From: an uncultured Acidobacteriota bacterium
GTDB taxonomy: Bacteria; Acidobacteriota; Terriglobia; Versatilivoradales; Versatilivoraceae
DNA: 64,000 bases
Reading direction: 5' to 3'
Assembly: GCA_963803155.1 (NCBI GenBank)
Contig: CAWDMN010000059.1
Coordinates: 300,636-364,635 of the forward strand
Part shown: positions 1-9,557 of the stretch, piece after piece
How the letters are laid out: every line of letters begins with the position of its first letter
Position numbering within the stretch: the stretch's first letter is position 1
Notes under the pieces: generated by a model
Database searches by the model: none
Seen by the model: only the letters and a program-made list of their open reading frames with translations
What the model was told of the DNA's origin: nothing
Program-made: the position numbers and the translations under genes

Positions 1-76
1 ACATTAAAGGCATGAAACCTCTCCCCATTCCGCCTTACGATATCTTGTCCTCGAAAAAAAAACCTTAAAAAAGGGC

Positions 77-140
77 TTGACAAAAAAACTTTCTCCGTAT
101 TACTGTATTAGTTGTATAGTACAGTGACACGGAGCGCTCG
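77..140 (+). promoter_or_regulatory. candidate promoter/operator upstream of GntR gene: TTGACA at 77-82; inverted repeat ACTGTA(102-107)-N12-TACAGT(120-125); TATAGT at 115-120
   Basis: Read directly from the sequence. GntR/YtrA regulators typically autoregulate through a palindromic operator that overlaps their promoter. Confidence 0.3.
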
Positions 141-142
141 CC

Positions 143-544
143 ATGTACTTTAAAATCGACCCTGCCAACGGATTGCCAATTTACCTGCAAATCATCCATC
201 AGGTCAAGACGGCAATCGCGATGGGGCGGCTTCAACCGGAGGAGTCGCTTCCTTCAGTGCGCCAGTTGGCCATGGACCTGGCCGTAAATCCCAACACCGT
301 GGCACGGGCTTACCTGGATCTGGAACACGAAGGGGTTATCTACAAGCGGCCGGGCCAGGGGACTTTTGTTTCCCAGCAGGAGGTGGAGATGTCGAAAAAA
401 GAACGCATGAAGATTTTTCACGATCATCTGGAGAAGTCGCTGGTGGAGGGGATCAATCTCGGCCTGGAGGCGGATGAGATGACGCGGGCCTTTGAGCAGC
501 AATTGGAGCGGATCCTCAATTCCCGCCTGGCGGGGAAACCATAA
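143..544 (+). CDS. GntR-family transcriptional regulator (YtrA-like, short C-terminal domain)
   Basis: The N-terminal winged-HTH region LPSVRQLAMDLAVNPNTVARAYLDLEHEGVI is a classic GntR signature. The protein is 133 aa. It is immediately followed by an ABC ATPase/permease pair, as in ytrA-type operons. Confidence 0.85.
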   Translation: MYFKIDPANGLPIYLQIIHQVKTAIAMGRLQPEESLPSVRQLAMDLAVNPNTVARAYLDLEHEGVIYKRPGQGTFVSQQEVEMSKKERMKIFHDHLEKSLVEGINLGLEADEMTRAFEQQLERILNSRLAGKP

Positions 545-621
545 CGCCGAGGCGAGTGGTGTGCGATTTGGCCGCTCTCCTTCCATGCAATACTCAGCTC
601 TTTGTCGAAACGAGGTAGACC

Positions 622-1587
622 ATGAACGATTCTGAAGAATTGGCAACTTCAGACTTTGCCATCGAGGTGGAGAATCTGACCCGGCATTTTGATGACTTGC
701 TCGCGGTCAACGAGGTGAGTCTGCAAATCCCGAAAGGCTCGATATTCGGGTTGCTGGGAGTCAACGGAGCGGGGAAATCCACTTTGATTAAAATGCTGAT
801 GGGACATGTGAAGCCCTCCGCGGGGACGATCAAAATTCTGGGCCGCACCCTGGAACGGGATTTTCTCGAAATACGCAAGAGGGTCGGTTACGTATCGGAA
901 AACCGATACCTTTATGAATGGATGACCGTAGCGGAAAAACTGCGGTTTGCCCGCTCCTTTCACGACGGCTGGGACGAGCGGAAAACCGCCGATCTGCTGG
1001 CCCGCTTCGGCCTCCCTCAAAACAAAAAGATTCGGGAACTCTCCCGAGGCAATCGGGCCCGGGTCTGCCTAGTGACGGCGCTGGCTTTCAATCCGGAGTT
1101 GATCATCCTGGATGAACCGACGTCCGGATTGGATCCCATTGTCCGGCGAGATTTTTTGGAAAACATCATTTGGGAAATCGGGCAGGAAGGCCGCACCGTG
1201 CTCTTTTCGTCCCACATCGTGGAAGAGGTGGAACGAATTGCCGATTATGTCGCCATTATTGACAACGGTCAGATTTTATCGGTATCGACGGTGGAAAAAT
1301 TAAAAGGGGCCTTTCGCCGGGTTCGTTTTTCCACGAACGGGAGCACCCCGGATTTAAAAGGACTCCCCGGCTTGTTGGCCGTGTCCCACGGCCTCCATGA
1401 GCAGATCTTGACCATTCAAAACTTTTCGGAGGACAGCCTGCGATTGCTGGCCGAGAGGGGTGTTAACAATCCCGAGTCAATTCCCATGTCGCTTGAGGAA
1501 ATTTTTGTGGATTCCGTCCGGGCCCGCCGCCGGGTCAACGGGACGGAAGATGCCTGGGAGGTTCGTTATGAATCGAAACATCGTTAA
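622..1587 (+). CDS. ABC transporter ATP-binding protein
   Basis: Walker A GVNGAGKST, ABC signature LSRGNRARV, Walker B LIILDEPTSGLD, H-loop SSHIVEE. Confidence 0.9.
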   Translation: MNDSEELATSDFAIEVENLTRHFDDLLAVNEVSLQIPKGSIFGLLGVNGAGKSTLIKMLMGHVKPSAGTIKILGRTLERDFLEIRKRVGYVSENRYLYEWMTVAEKLRFARSFHDGWDERKTADLLARFGLPQNKKIRELSRGNRARVCLVTALAFNPELIILDEPTSGLDPIVRRDFLENIIWEIGQEGRTVLFSSHIVEEVERIADYVAIIDNGQILSVSTVEKLKGAFRRVRFSTNGSTPDLKGLPGLLAVSHGLHEQILTIQNFSEDSLRLLAERGVNNPESIPMSLEEIFVDSVRARRRVNGTEDAWEVRYESKHR

Positions 1588-2377
1588 AGCCCTGATTTGG
1601 AAAGAATGGCGGGAAACTCGATGGAAGTGGCTGGCTTTCTACGCGGCTTTTCATATCCCGGCCTTGTTGGGGATCCTGGCCTTCACCTTTGACCGCTCTT
1701 TCCGGTTCGACATCATGGTGTTGAGCAATCCCATGACCCGTCAGTACCTGAACATTTTTCTGATCTTCCAATCGGGATTTGCCATCACGGCGGGACTCTT
1801 TTTGGTGGCGTTTTATGCCGCCAGCACGGTGGCGCCGGAAATCGAAGGGCGTCAGATTTTTTTCCTCTTCGAACGCCCAGTCCGGCGCTGGCTGATCCTG
1901 CTGGTTAAATTTGTGATGGGAGCCATCCAAAACCTGCTCTGCATCGGGCTTTCCATCCTTTCGACTCTGCTGCTCGGCTACGCGGGCCTCGTGCTGGTGG
2001 CCCATAATGTCACAATTCGCGGGTCCTGGAGTGAATTTTCCGCGGTATTCAGCAATGGATTGCGCGGCACGCTTTGGACTGCCGTGATTGGGTTGATGGT
2101 CTTTGCGGGAACTTTTATTTTCTCGGTTGTTTTCGAAAAGTGGTGGGTTGGAGTCATTGCCGGCGCCATCTCTTTAATTGGAATGTTTTACTTCATGGGC
2201 CGATCGATGTTCGATTGGATGCTCACCAATGTCGTCAATCAGCCAGGAGGCCCGGAGAAAGCCAAACTCGACCTCTATGCCAAACTGGAGCCTGGTCCCA
2301 TGCTGGCCATGCTGGGGATGAGTGTGGTGTTTTATTTGACGGCACAGTACCTTTTTGAACGCAAGGAGATGCGCTGA
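1568..2377 (+). CDS. ABC-2 type transporter permease (multi-pass membrane protein)
   Basis: The start was moved to the ATG at 1568 (MNRNIVKALIWKEW), which overlaps the upstream ATPase stop by a few nucleotides (translational coupling). There are at least six hydrophobic segments. The longer ORF starting at 1460 would run antisense-overlapping inside the ATPase gene. Confidence 0.6.
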   Translation: MNRNIVKALIWKEWRETRWKWLAFYAAFHIPALLGILAFTFDRSFRFDIMVLSNPMTRQYLNIFLIFQSGFAITAGLFLVAFYAASTVAPEIEGRQIFFLFERPVRRWLILLVKFVMGAIQNLLCIGLSILSTLLLGYAGLVLVAHNVTIRGSWSEFSAVFSNGLRGTLWTAVIGLMVFAGTFIFSVVFEKWWVGVIAGAISLIGMFYFMGRSMFDWMLTNVVNQPGGPEKAKLDLYAKLEPGPMLAMLGMSVVFYLTAQYLFERKEMR

Positions 2378-2407
2378 TTTCAAGAATCAAGCCGACGCCG
2401 TAAGTGG

Positions 2408-2537
2408 GCTTTTGGCCAAGCAACCAGAGGCTCTACAGAAAGCACGAAGCGACAGCGAGTGATCAGGGCGGCGGCAAAAGAATTCCAGGCCCCAGACAGA
2501 TGAAGCTGAGCTGATCGCTCGTTGGCACTTCGCGCTC
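2408..2537. repeat. repeat family R1, copy A: part1 2408-2466 and part2 2506-2537
   Basis: The sequence gcttttggccaagcaaccag...aagcacgaagcgacagcgagtgatcag and gctgagctgatcgctcgttggcacttcgcgct reappears reverse-complemented at 4463-4559. Confidence 0.7.
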
Positions 2538-2651
2538 CCTGCCGCATAAATTGCGCTCAATGTGGCTACCACACGGAGGGATGTTGAGCAGTTGCCATTT
2601 TTTTTTGAGCGACACTTTAAACGATTTAGCCATAAAGGCAAGAGGTGAATT

Positions 2652-4316
2652 ATGACGATTAAAAAAAAGAAAACCATATTGTTGATCACTGTGTTTGTCT
2701 GTTTCGCATTAGCCATCATTACCTGGCAATTTACCAAACCCACGGCCGCGGGCCCGCCGAGGCTGGAACGCTTCCTGCCGGCCACTACTCTTGGCTTCAT
2801 CCAGGCCTATGACCTGCGTTCACAGACCCTGCACATAACGGAATCCGAAGCCTGGAGGGCCTTGCTCGATGAAAATCCAACGGCGGGACCCCTCTTGTTG
2901 ATGAGCGCCAATCACGCCGGTCTTTTGGATGCCAGTTATGCGGTGGCACTTTGTGGCTTGGAAATTCAAAATGAAAAACCAGCTCCGGCGGGGGCTCTGC
3001 TGGCACATTTTAATTCTCATTATTCCCTGGGAATGTTTGAGCGGCGGCTCTTGGAAAAAAGAAAGAGCTCCGCAAATGGTGAGAAGCTCTACGAGGGGGT
3101 AAAGATCTCGATTTGGGAGGAAAAAGATCATCCTCCGCTCTATTATGCCAAGAAAGATACGCTGGCGGTGTTGGCGAACTCTTTTGCCACAATCACCGGG
3201 ATCCTCGATGTTGCCTCCGATAAAGCTCCCTCTCTAGCAGGAAACTCGCGGCTGATTGAGGCAAGAGGCAAGGCCACGAATAACGATGAGCTCTTTGGTT
3301 TTTTTGATAGCACGCAACTGCGTCAATCCTTGAAAAGCATTTCGGATGAGCAAAAACAAAAGAGGTTGAAGGAACTCCTACAAGAGACCGGCTTGGACTG
3401 GGTGGAGTATGGGGCCATGAACAGCAGCTTTGTGGAAGGGCGCGTCCTGGAGAGTTTTGAGCTGCACATCCCCCAACAGGGGGCTGGAATCCTGCGCGAA
3501 GTGCTGAACACTCCTCCCACTTCCGGCGCTTTGCTCTCCTTCGTGCCGGAAGGGGCATCGCAAGTCCTGGATGCATCGATTGCCAACGCATCGGATGCCT
3601 TAAACCAATTCCTGGCACTCATCGACCGGCTGCATTCCAGTCAAAATAAGCCGGGAGCAGAGGACTTTTTAAAACATATCACGGAAAAAACCGGACTCGA
3701 CTTTCAGGAAGATTTCCTTAAATCGCTGGGAGCGGAAATCTGTCTGGCCCAATTCTCCGCTGATCCCTCTGAGGGGCTGCTGCTCTTGAATCTTCTGGAT
3801 GAAAATCGTATGGAGCAAACATTGAAAAAAGTGGCGGATAAAATTCGCCAGCCGATTACAACCGCAACCTATCAGGGATTCCCCGTGCGGCAGATTGCGT
3901 TGCCTGGGAAAATGGCATTATCCTACACCTTCATCAACGGCAACCTGATCGTGAGCTCAACCCGAGGGAGCGTGGAAAAATCCATAGCAGCCTACCGCGA
4001 GGGCAAATCACTTTCCGCGAGCCCCTCGTACCTGGAAGCTCGTCAAGAAATGCTGCATCCATCCTCTTTCATCTATTACAGCTCTAATAAGGATTATTTG
4101 AAACAACTGGAGGTTGTGCTAAAGGACTCCGACAAAGATTTCAAACCCGGCGGAAAAGACTCAAACCTGAGGCCCAGTTTCGCTTTTGGTTACACAGAGC
4201 CGAATGGATACTTGATCAAGAGTCTCTCACCGCTTGGGATCTTCCCCCGCACCTTGATGATGGTCACTTCCCGCATTTCCGCGGAAATCGAAAAGGATGG
4301 ATCGCCACACACCTAA
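2652..4316 (+). CDS. hypothetical protein with N-terminal signal-anchor (possibly DUF3352-like)
   Basis: 554-aa ORF. The N-terminus is MTIKKKKTILLITVFVCFALAIITW (one TM helix). The rest is soluble with mixed composition. It lies between inverted copies of repeat R1. Confidence 0.55.
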   Translation: MTIKKKKTILLITVFVCFALAIITWQFTKPTAAGPPRLERFLPATTLGFIQAYDLRSQTLHITESEAWRALLDENPTAGPLLLMSANHAGLLDASYAVALCGLEIQNEKPAPAGALLAHFNSHYSLGMFERRLLEKRKSSANGEKLYEGVKISIWEEKDHPPLYYAKKDTLAVLANSFATITGILDVASDKAPSLAGNSRLIEARGKATNNDELFGFFDSTQLRQSLKSISDEQKQKRLKELLQETGLDWVEYGAMNSSFVEGRVLESFELHIPQQGAGILREVLNTPPTSGALLSFVPEGASQVLDASIANASDALNQFLALIDRLHSSQNKPGAEDFLKHITEKTGLDFQEDFLKSLGAEICLAQFSADPSEGLLLLNLLDENRMEQTLKKVADKIRQPITTATYQGFPVRQIALPGKMALSYTFINGNLIVSSTRGSVEKSIAAYREGKSLSASPSYLEARQEMLHPSSFIYYSSNKDYLKQLEVVLKDSDKDFKPGGKDSNLRPSFAFGYTEPNGYLIKSLSPLGIFPRTLMMVTSRISAEIEKDGSPHT

Positions 4317-4462
4317 AGACTCAGGAGGGAATTTCCGGTTCGCAACTCTCCTCCTTGATCGGGATGCCATTAAGAGCGAAAGAAAAAAGGGAACTACTCA
4401 GTCCCAAGTTCTTTCTCTATGGGTTTGAAGGGAATTCAATGGCAGGGTCTTGTAGGGCCACG

Positions 4463-4559
4463 CTGATCACTCGCTAACGCTTCGTGCTTTTTCGCTTTGC
4501 CTGGTTGCTTGGTTTCGCTAGGCCAAAAGCGCGAAGTGTGAACGGGCGATCAACTCAGC
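4463..4559. repeat. repeat family R1, copy B (inverted relative to copy A; part2 and part1 fused)
   Basis: The reverse complement reads gctgagttgatcgcccgttcacacttcgcgcttttggcctagcgaaaccaagcaaccaggcaaagcgaaaaagcacgaagcgttagcgagtgatcag. It matches both halves of copy A. Confidence 0.7.
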
Positions 4560-4721
4560 ATGACGTGCCTTGGTCTGCAATTCATAAGCTGCCACGCTCA
4601 GTGCTCTCTTTTGGTTTGGATTCAAAGGGAGATTCAAAGGGGGTTTAAAGGGTCAGATCTGGTTATTATGTAATATTAAGTTTCGATTCTTGATTAAAGG
4701 GAGCCAGCATCATGGGAGGCA

Positions 4722-6002
4722 TTAGTAGACGAATTCTCGAATATCATAGAGGGCCACTTGAGGGGAGTGCGAATCCTTCCGTTGGATTCCCATCCGAATT
4801 TCCGTTAATTGATTTTGAATTTTTTCACCGGATAAACTATTGATCCCCTGCTCCGTCATTTTGCGGCTGTAGAGATCGTCTTCAGTCGTTTTCAAAGGTG
4901 AGAGATAAATCAAATCTCCATGGCCCAGAGAAAGCGAATTCACCAATTTAAGAGTTTGACTCACATGGGTCTGCTCGTAACGATCGCCACCTACTCCAAC
5001 CAAGAGGATGATCCCAACCTGAATTCCGGCGCTTTTTAGATTCGCGACAACATCCAGGACTTGCTCGGGATGAGCGGATTTATTCATCCACTGTAGTAAT
5101 TCATCACAGCCGGTTTCCACGCCAAGATACACTCGCCGCAAATGGAGCCGCTGAAGATCTTTGAAATCAGCCACGCTCTTTCTCTCTCCGGTAAAGCTGT
5201 CCAAAAAAGAGTAGATCCCTTGAAAGACCGCGGAGCCATGTTCCAAAGGAACGGCTGTTCTGTCTTCTCCACGCCAGGTGAATTCCTCCTTCATTATGGC
5301 AAAAAACTCCACTAACTGAGGTTGAGGGATAACTAGCGCATTGGCGTCGGCCAGGAAGATGCTGCGTCTCAGTCGGATGGAGTCACCGAAGAATAGCTTT
5401 GCCTGTTGGATGTGATTTTGAAATTCTTCCAGGCTCTTGATATGGAAATGTGTTTGATCGTAAAAATGGCAAAACGTGCAACGATTCCAGTGACAACCTT
5501 CCGTGGCCTGAAGAACCAGCGCCTGGTACTGGTCTGGGGGGAGAATGGTGATCGGTTTGTAAACACGATTGAATTGTTCGCGCTGATTTTCCAATCGTTC
5601 AAGATTCCATCCCACAATCTTCTTGAGGCGGGCAAGAATCGTTCCCCTTTGCGAGAGGCTCGGCTGTGACGACTCTTGGGAACTCAAACGCCTCGTCGAG
5701 AGGTCAGCCGCCAAGCGGGAAATCAGTGCATAAGCGCTCTCCAAAACATGGAGTTTTTCAGAACCGCGGCACTCTTCGATTAATTTCCAGGGAGATTGGC
5801 CGAGGGGATCCCGTGATTTTTTGATGAGCCGGTTATCCAAAGTACGGAGATAGGTTCGATCCCCTTGCCAGGCCGTGAGAAATCGCCCTTCCAAATCGAA
5901 GGCATATACTTCCGAGTCATCCAAGCTGATTGCCGTGGATTCGACTTTTAAATTTAAAATGACCTTTCGGCCATCCCGGGAAAATGGAAAATCAAACAGC
6001 AT
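4722..6002 (-). CDS. putative radical SAM-like enzyme with non-canonical Cx4Cx2C cluster motif
   Basis: The motif LQATEGCHWNRCTFCHFY sits where radical SAM proteins carry CxxxCxxC-aromatic. A Gly-rich VGVGGD segment follows. The assignment is by motif only. Confidence 0.4.
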   Translation of the reverse strand: MLFDFPFSRDGRKVILNLKVESTAISLDDSEVYAFDLEGRFLTAWQGDRTYLRTLDNRLIKKSRDPLGQSPWKLIEECRGSEKLHVLESAYALISRLAADLSTRRLSSQESSQPSLSQRGTILARLKKIVGWNLERLENQREQFNRVYKPITILPPDQYQALVLQATEGCHWNRCTFCHFYDQTHFHIKSLEEFQNHIQQAKLFFGDSIRLRRSIFLADANALVIPQPQLVEFFAIMKEEFTWRGEDRTAVPLEHGSAVFQGIYSFLDSFTGERKSVADFKDLQRLHLRRVYLGVETGCDELLQWMNKSAHPEQVLDVVANLKSAGIQVGIILLVGVGGDRYEQTHVSQTLKLVNSLSLGHGDLIYLSPLKTTEDDLYSRKMTEQGINSLSGEKIQNQLTEIRMGIQRKDSHSPQVALYDIREFVY

Positions 6003-6341
6003 TTTTAACGCTCATTTTAAGAAGCCATTTAATCACTCGGTTCAAACCAAGGGCGTCCATTAAAATATCATCGTCAAAACTTGATAAGTCACAGGGGTCG
6101 CCTACAATCACAATTGAGAGACAAAAGTGGGATTGGTGTCCGCCAAATATAGGAATAATCTGGCAGGCTGCTTATGTGCGCTCGGTTGCCGCCGAAAGCA
6201 CCAACCGAGCTGAACAGTGAGGGACGAGCCCTCCATGCAGCCTGCGGGCGCTGACAGAAGGCCTGATTCTTCCCTGCATGGCGATTCCGAAGTCAAAAAC
6301 GGCACCCAGCGTGATACCTATTCCGCCCCGTGATTTTCCGG

Positions 6342-6530
6342 CTACTTTTTCAGGTTCTCGCGCCACAAAAGAATCGCCAATCCACCCGTAAATAGACACG
6401 CCACTGCACTCATCCACATTGGCACCATCATACTCCCCACGGTCACCTCCACTCGGGATAGAATCCGCAGGAGGTGCGCCAGAGCGATCACTGCCAAAAA
6501 AATCGTTGCCACCAAAGATGCCGGTTTCAT
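6342..6530 (-). CDS. small two-helix membrane protein (hypothetical)
   Basis: 62 aa with two hydrophobic helices (LVATIFLAVIALAHLL; AVACLFTGGLAILLW). No similarity recognised. Confidence 0.25.
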   Translation of the reverse strand: MKPASLVATIFLAVIALAHLLRILSRVEVTVGSMMVPMWMSAVACLFTGGLAILLWRENLKK

Positions 6531-6701
6531 AATTTTCCCCCTTCATCCATTCGATTATACTTCGCTGTCCAAAGAAGAGACTGATTTAGTGTCTCCCCTT
6601 TTCATTTTATCGTTCCCCGTCCCAAGGCGAAATTTTCACGCCATGGGGAAACAGCGGATTCCATGCCAAGCTCGCTGAGCCGGCAGCTGGACAGGTAAAG
6701 C

Positions 6702-7655
6702 TTACAATTTGCGCGCATACCTTGACGTTTTTAAAAGAACAATCACGCTGACAACAAGAATGGGACCCACTCCCAAAACAAGAGGGTAAAAGGCATCGTG
6801 AGGATTTTCGAGAGGAAAGAACAAACAGAAAACACCCGCTAGAACCATGAGCCATGACCATGCGATGAACTGTTTGGCCCCATACGCATTGATGTTGTAC
6901 CAATTTTCGGCTGACTCAAATGCCTTGGGAATTCGAACGCCGTACCAGTGGTTCATTTTGATTTTCTTTTGCCAAAGGGGAAGGCTGAAACTAATAATGA
7001 GGATGGCGCCTGCAAGGTTCACAATGCCAAATAGGATCTGTGGCCGGTTTAGGCCCGATTTCGAGTCTCCAGCCGGATGTGGATGGAGTTTGGATGCCTC
7101 TTTCTTGAAATATTCCGCAATCCCCTCAATTTGTACACTGGTCATTTGCGGCGCAGTCCTTTTGAATAATCCCTCCAGCGACTGAATCTCCTGAGGGCTT
7201 CCCGGATAGCCAATGTTAGCGCCATTTGCCATTGCTCTTGAGTCGGCGATTTTTGCTCCAGTCTTATCGAGAAAGACATAAAAGGGAAGACCCGCATTTT
7301 CCCCACCCAGATCGACCAGCAGCTTTTCCGCCCCGGGATTTTCCAGGATTTTCTTCGCTCCACTCTCCTTGACTGTGAGTTTGACCAAAATATAATGATC
7401 TGCCAGCAGTCTGCTTATTTCAGATGAGTATAAAGCAGCATCCAGCCGCTTGCACCAACCTCACCAGGAAGCCCCAAAATGGAGCAGGATGCTTTTATTT
7501 TCCGTCTGAGCCGCCTGAGTAGCATGGCTAAGAAGAAATTGTGCGGATGGGATTGTCGTGCTGGTTTTTTGAGACAGGATGTGTTTTGCGGCAAACAAAC
7601 CCAAAGTCATAATTAAGGCGGCTGTGAACGCAAAGTGTGTCCTAAAATGCTTCAT
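6702..7655 (-). CDS. candidate selenoprotein: secreted thioredoxin-fold protein with in-frame UGA (7461-7463) inside a W-U-G-W-C redox motif, fused to a C-terminal multi-pass membrane domain
   Basis: Two six-frame ORFs (7461..7721 and 6702..7388) lie in the same frame, separated only by TGA. Read through, the sequence is ..SILLHFGASW-[TGA]-GWCKRLDAALYSSE.., which is a thioredoxin-type UxxC motif. A 7-bp hairpin with a UGGAU loop starts 9 nt after UGA (7433-7451), which fits a bacterial SECIS element. The probable start is ATG 7655 (MKHFRTHFAF, signal peptide) with SD GAGAGG 6 nt upstream. Confidence 0.5.
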
Positions 7656-7733
7656 CTGGTCCTCTCTTCTACCGCTTCGACATTTGTGAAGGCTCATACT
7701 CTCCTCCTCCCATTCCAACAAACGGATTGAGGG

Positions 7734-8846
7734 CTATAATTTCACAAAAGTCTTTGTCCGGTACATCCAATACAAGATCAGCCAGAAGGCGGCAAAAGCG
7801 GCAGTGGCCTCAAGTAGAGCACTTGAGGGTCCCGCTCTCGGCAGCAGATGCCCGACAAAAACATTGCCCACCTGTCGGAAGTTAAAAAGCATCATCGCCA
7901 TATAAGCAGCGATAGAATTCATTCCAATCACGGTGAAGCCGAAGGCCCATTTTTTGAATCCCCACACATCGACAACCAGATAAAAAATGCCCAGGAGAAT
8001 AAAACTGAGGCCACCAGCAACGAGGACATATGAGCTTGTCCACAGCAGCTTGATAATGGGAAACCTTACGCTCCAGATCAAACCCAGACCGAGCGCTGTA
8101 ATGCCTGCGATCCAAAGGCTCGCGACTTTGGCACGCGGAGGCCTTCGAGATAAGAGGATCTCCCCAGCTAATACTCCCAACAGTACGGAGGAGGCAAATC
8201 CGAGATAGCTTAAAAACCAGGTATTCGTCCCATAGTGAAAACTTCCGAGTATCAGCCGGTCAAGATACGCCGCCGCATTCCCTTCGGGTGTCAGGACTCC
8301 CCCGCCGAAGTTGGGGACCGGGATCAGCATCAACAGCGCCCAATACGCCAGCAAAAATCCGGAGACTGTGATGAGCTGTCCTTTTGGAGAAAGATTCATC
8401 ATGACGATGGTGGCAATCAGGTATCCGGCCGCGATGCCATGAAGAACGCTGTAACACGGGTGCAACTGGCTCAAGTCGAACATCAAAAGATTGCCTTGCG
8501 CCACCATGCCAAGGATGAAGAGGATCAGCGCCCGTTTCACCGCATGCAGGTAAAGGGCTCGATTGCCGATTCCCATGGACCTTCGTTTTTCCAAAGACAA
8601 GCGCATGGCCACACCCACCATGAACATGAACAGAGGCCAAATAACATCGTAGAAATGCAATCCCTGCCAGGGCACATGTTCAAGTTGATTGGAGATGGTC
8701 TCTGTAATCTTGCCTGGGAACAGCGGAGCCAAGGCACGAAAAATTGCATCGCCGCCAATAATCCAAAACATGTCGAAGCCGCGCAAAGCGTCTAGTGATT
8801 TCAACCGTCCGGATGAAGCAGGGGGTTGCCCCAGGGAGTCCGCCAT
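7734..8846 (-). CDS. acyltransferase-3 / DUF5009-like multi-pass membrane protein (heparan-alpha-glucosaminide N-acetyltransferase-like)
   Basis: The N-terminal motif SLDALRGFDMFWIIGGD, followed by about 9-10 TM helices, is characteristic of the DUF1624/DUF5009 acyltransferase family. Confidence 0.55.
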   Translation of the reverse strand: MADSLGQPPASSGRLKSLDALRGFDMFWIIGGDAIFRALAPLFPGKITETISNQLEHVPWQGLHFYDVIWPLFMFMVGVAMRLSLEKRRSMGIGNRALYLHAVKRALILFILGMVAQGNLLMFDLSQLHPCYSVLHGIAAGYLIATIVMMNLSPKGQLITVSGFLLAYWALLMLIPVPNFGGGVLTPEGNAAAYLDRLILGSFHYGTNTWFLSYLGFASSVLLGVLAGEILLSRRPPRAKVASLWIAGITALGLGLIWSVRFPIIKLLWTSSYVLVAGGLSFILLGIFYLVVDVWGFKKWAFGFTVIGMNSIAAYMAMMLFNFRQVGNVFVGHLLPRAGPSSALLEATAAFAAFWLILYWMYRTKTFVKL

Positions 8847-9557
8847 GATTCCATCTCCTTAAACGAAGCCGAGGATCGAATGCTGATCATTACACTAATG
8901 GGTTGGATCCAGCTGAGCGGAAGAGTTCATAGTTCAATCAACAGTAAAGTAGCACAGATGAAAACTGGCAAGCAATGCCGGATATCCAGGCGAGTGCAAA
9001 TAAAAGGCGACTGTTTAGGCGGGAGGAACTGAACCCGAAGGGTTCACAGCCATTAGCCGTGGGTAAGGCCGTTGGGCCGCCACCCCCGGATATAGGCAAT
9101 AATGGGATCGCCCCCGATAGGGGTCGCAGCTTACGAAGGTGCTACGCCCCTTCAGGGTCGGATTGGTTCGCTCTTTTGACCGGTGGTTGAGCGTGTGACT
9201 ACCGGCACCCGCGCGGAGACAACGAGATCGCCGGACCGCAGTCCGACTCTCACTTTATGCCATCCACGGCATTACTTCCCTCTCACTTTTAATTGCGCCA
9301 TGTCCAAGCATTATTGACGAATGCTTGCGGAATTGGGTGAAGGGATCAATAAAAAGCGATCCCGGCGCCTCAATCGAAGTCAATGATCTTGGATGACGAT
9401 TATATGTTGTTGCCTTTATTGGCTGGGGTTTTGTGGCATTCGCACTTGGCATTTTCCACTTTTCAGTGGACAATGACGTTTGATTATCCTGCGGCAACAG
9501 CTGTATTTGGAAGAGCGGACTGGTCATACCGCGGAAGATGGAAGAGGTGCATAAAAG

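Noticed and set aside
1460-1567. Upstream extension of the permease ORF, overlapping 128 nt of the ABC ATPase
   Set aside because: The ATG at 1568 gives a conventional 4-nt-overlap coupled start. The extension encodes non-membrane residues antisense-biased against the ATPase frame.
8235-8795. 186-aa plus-strand ORF overlapping the DUF5009-like gene
   Set aside because: Antisense to a well-supported membrane-protein gene. His/Gln/Arg-rich low-complexity translation.
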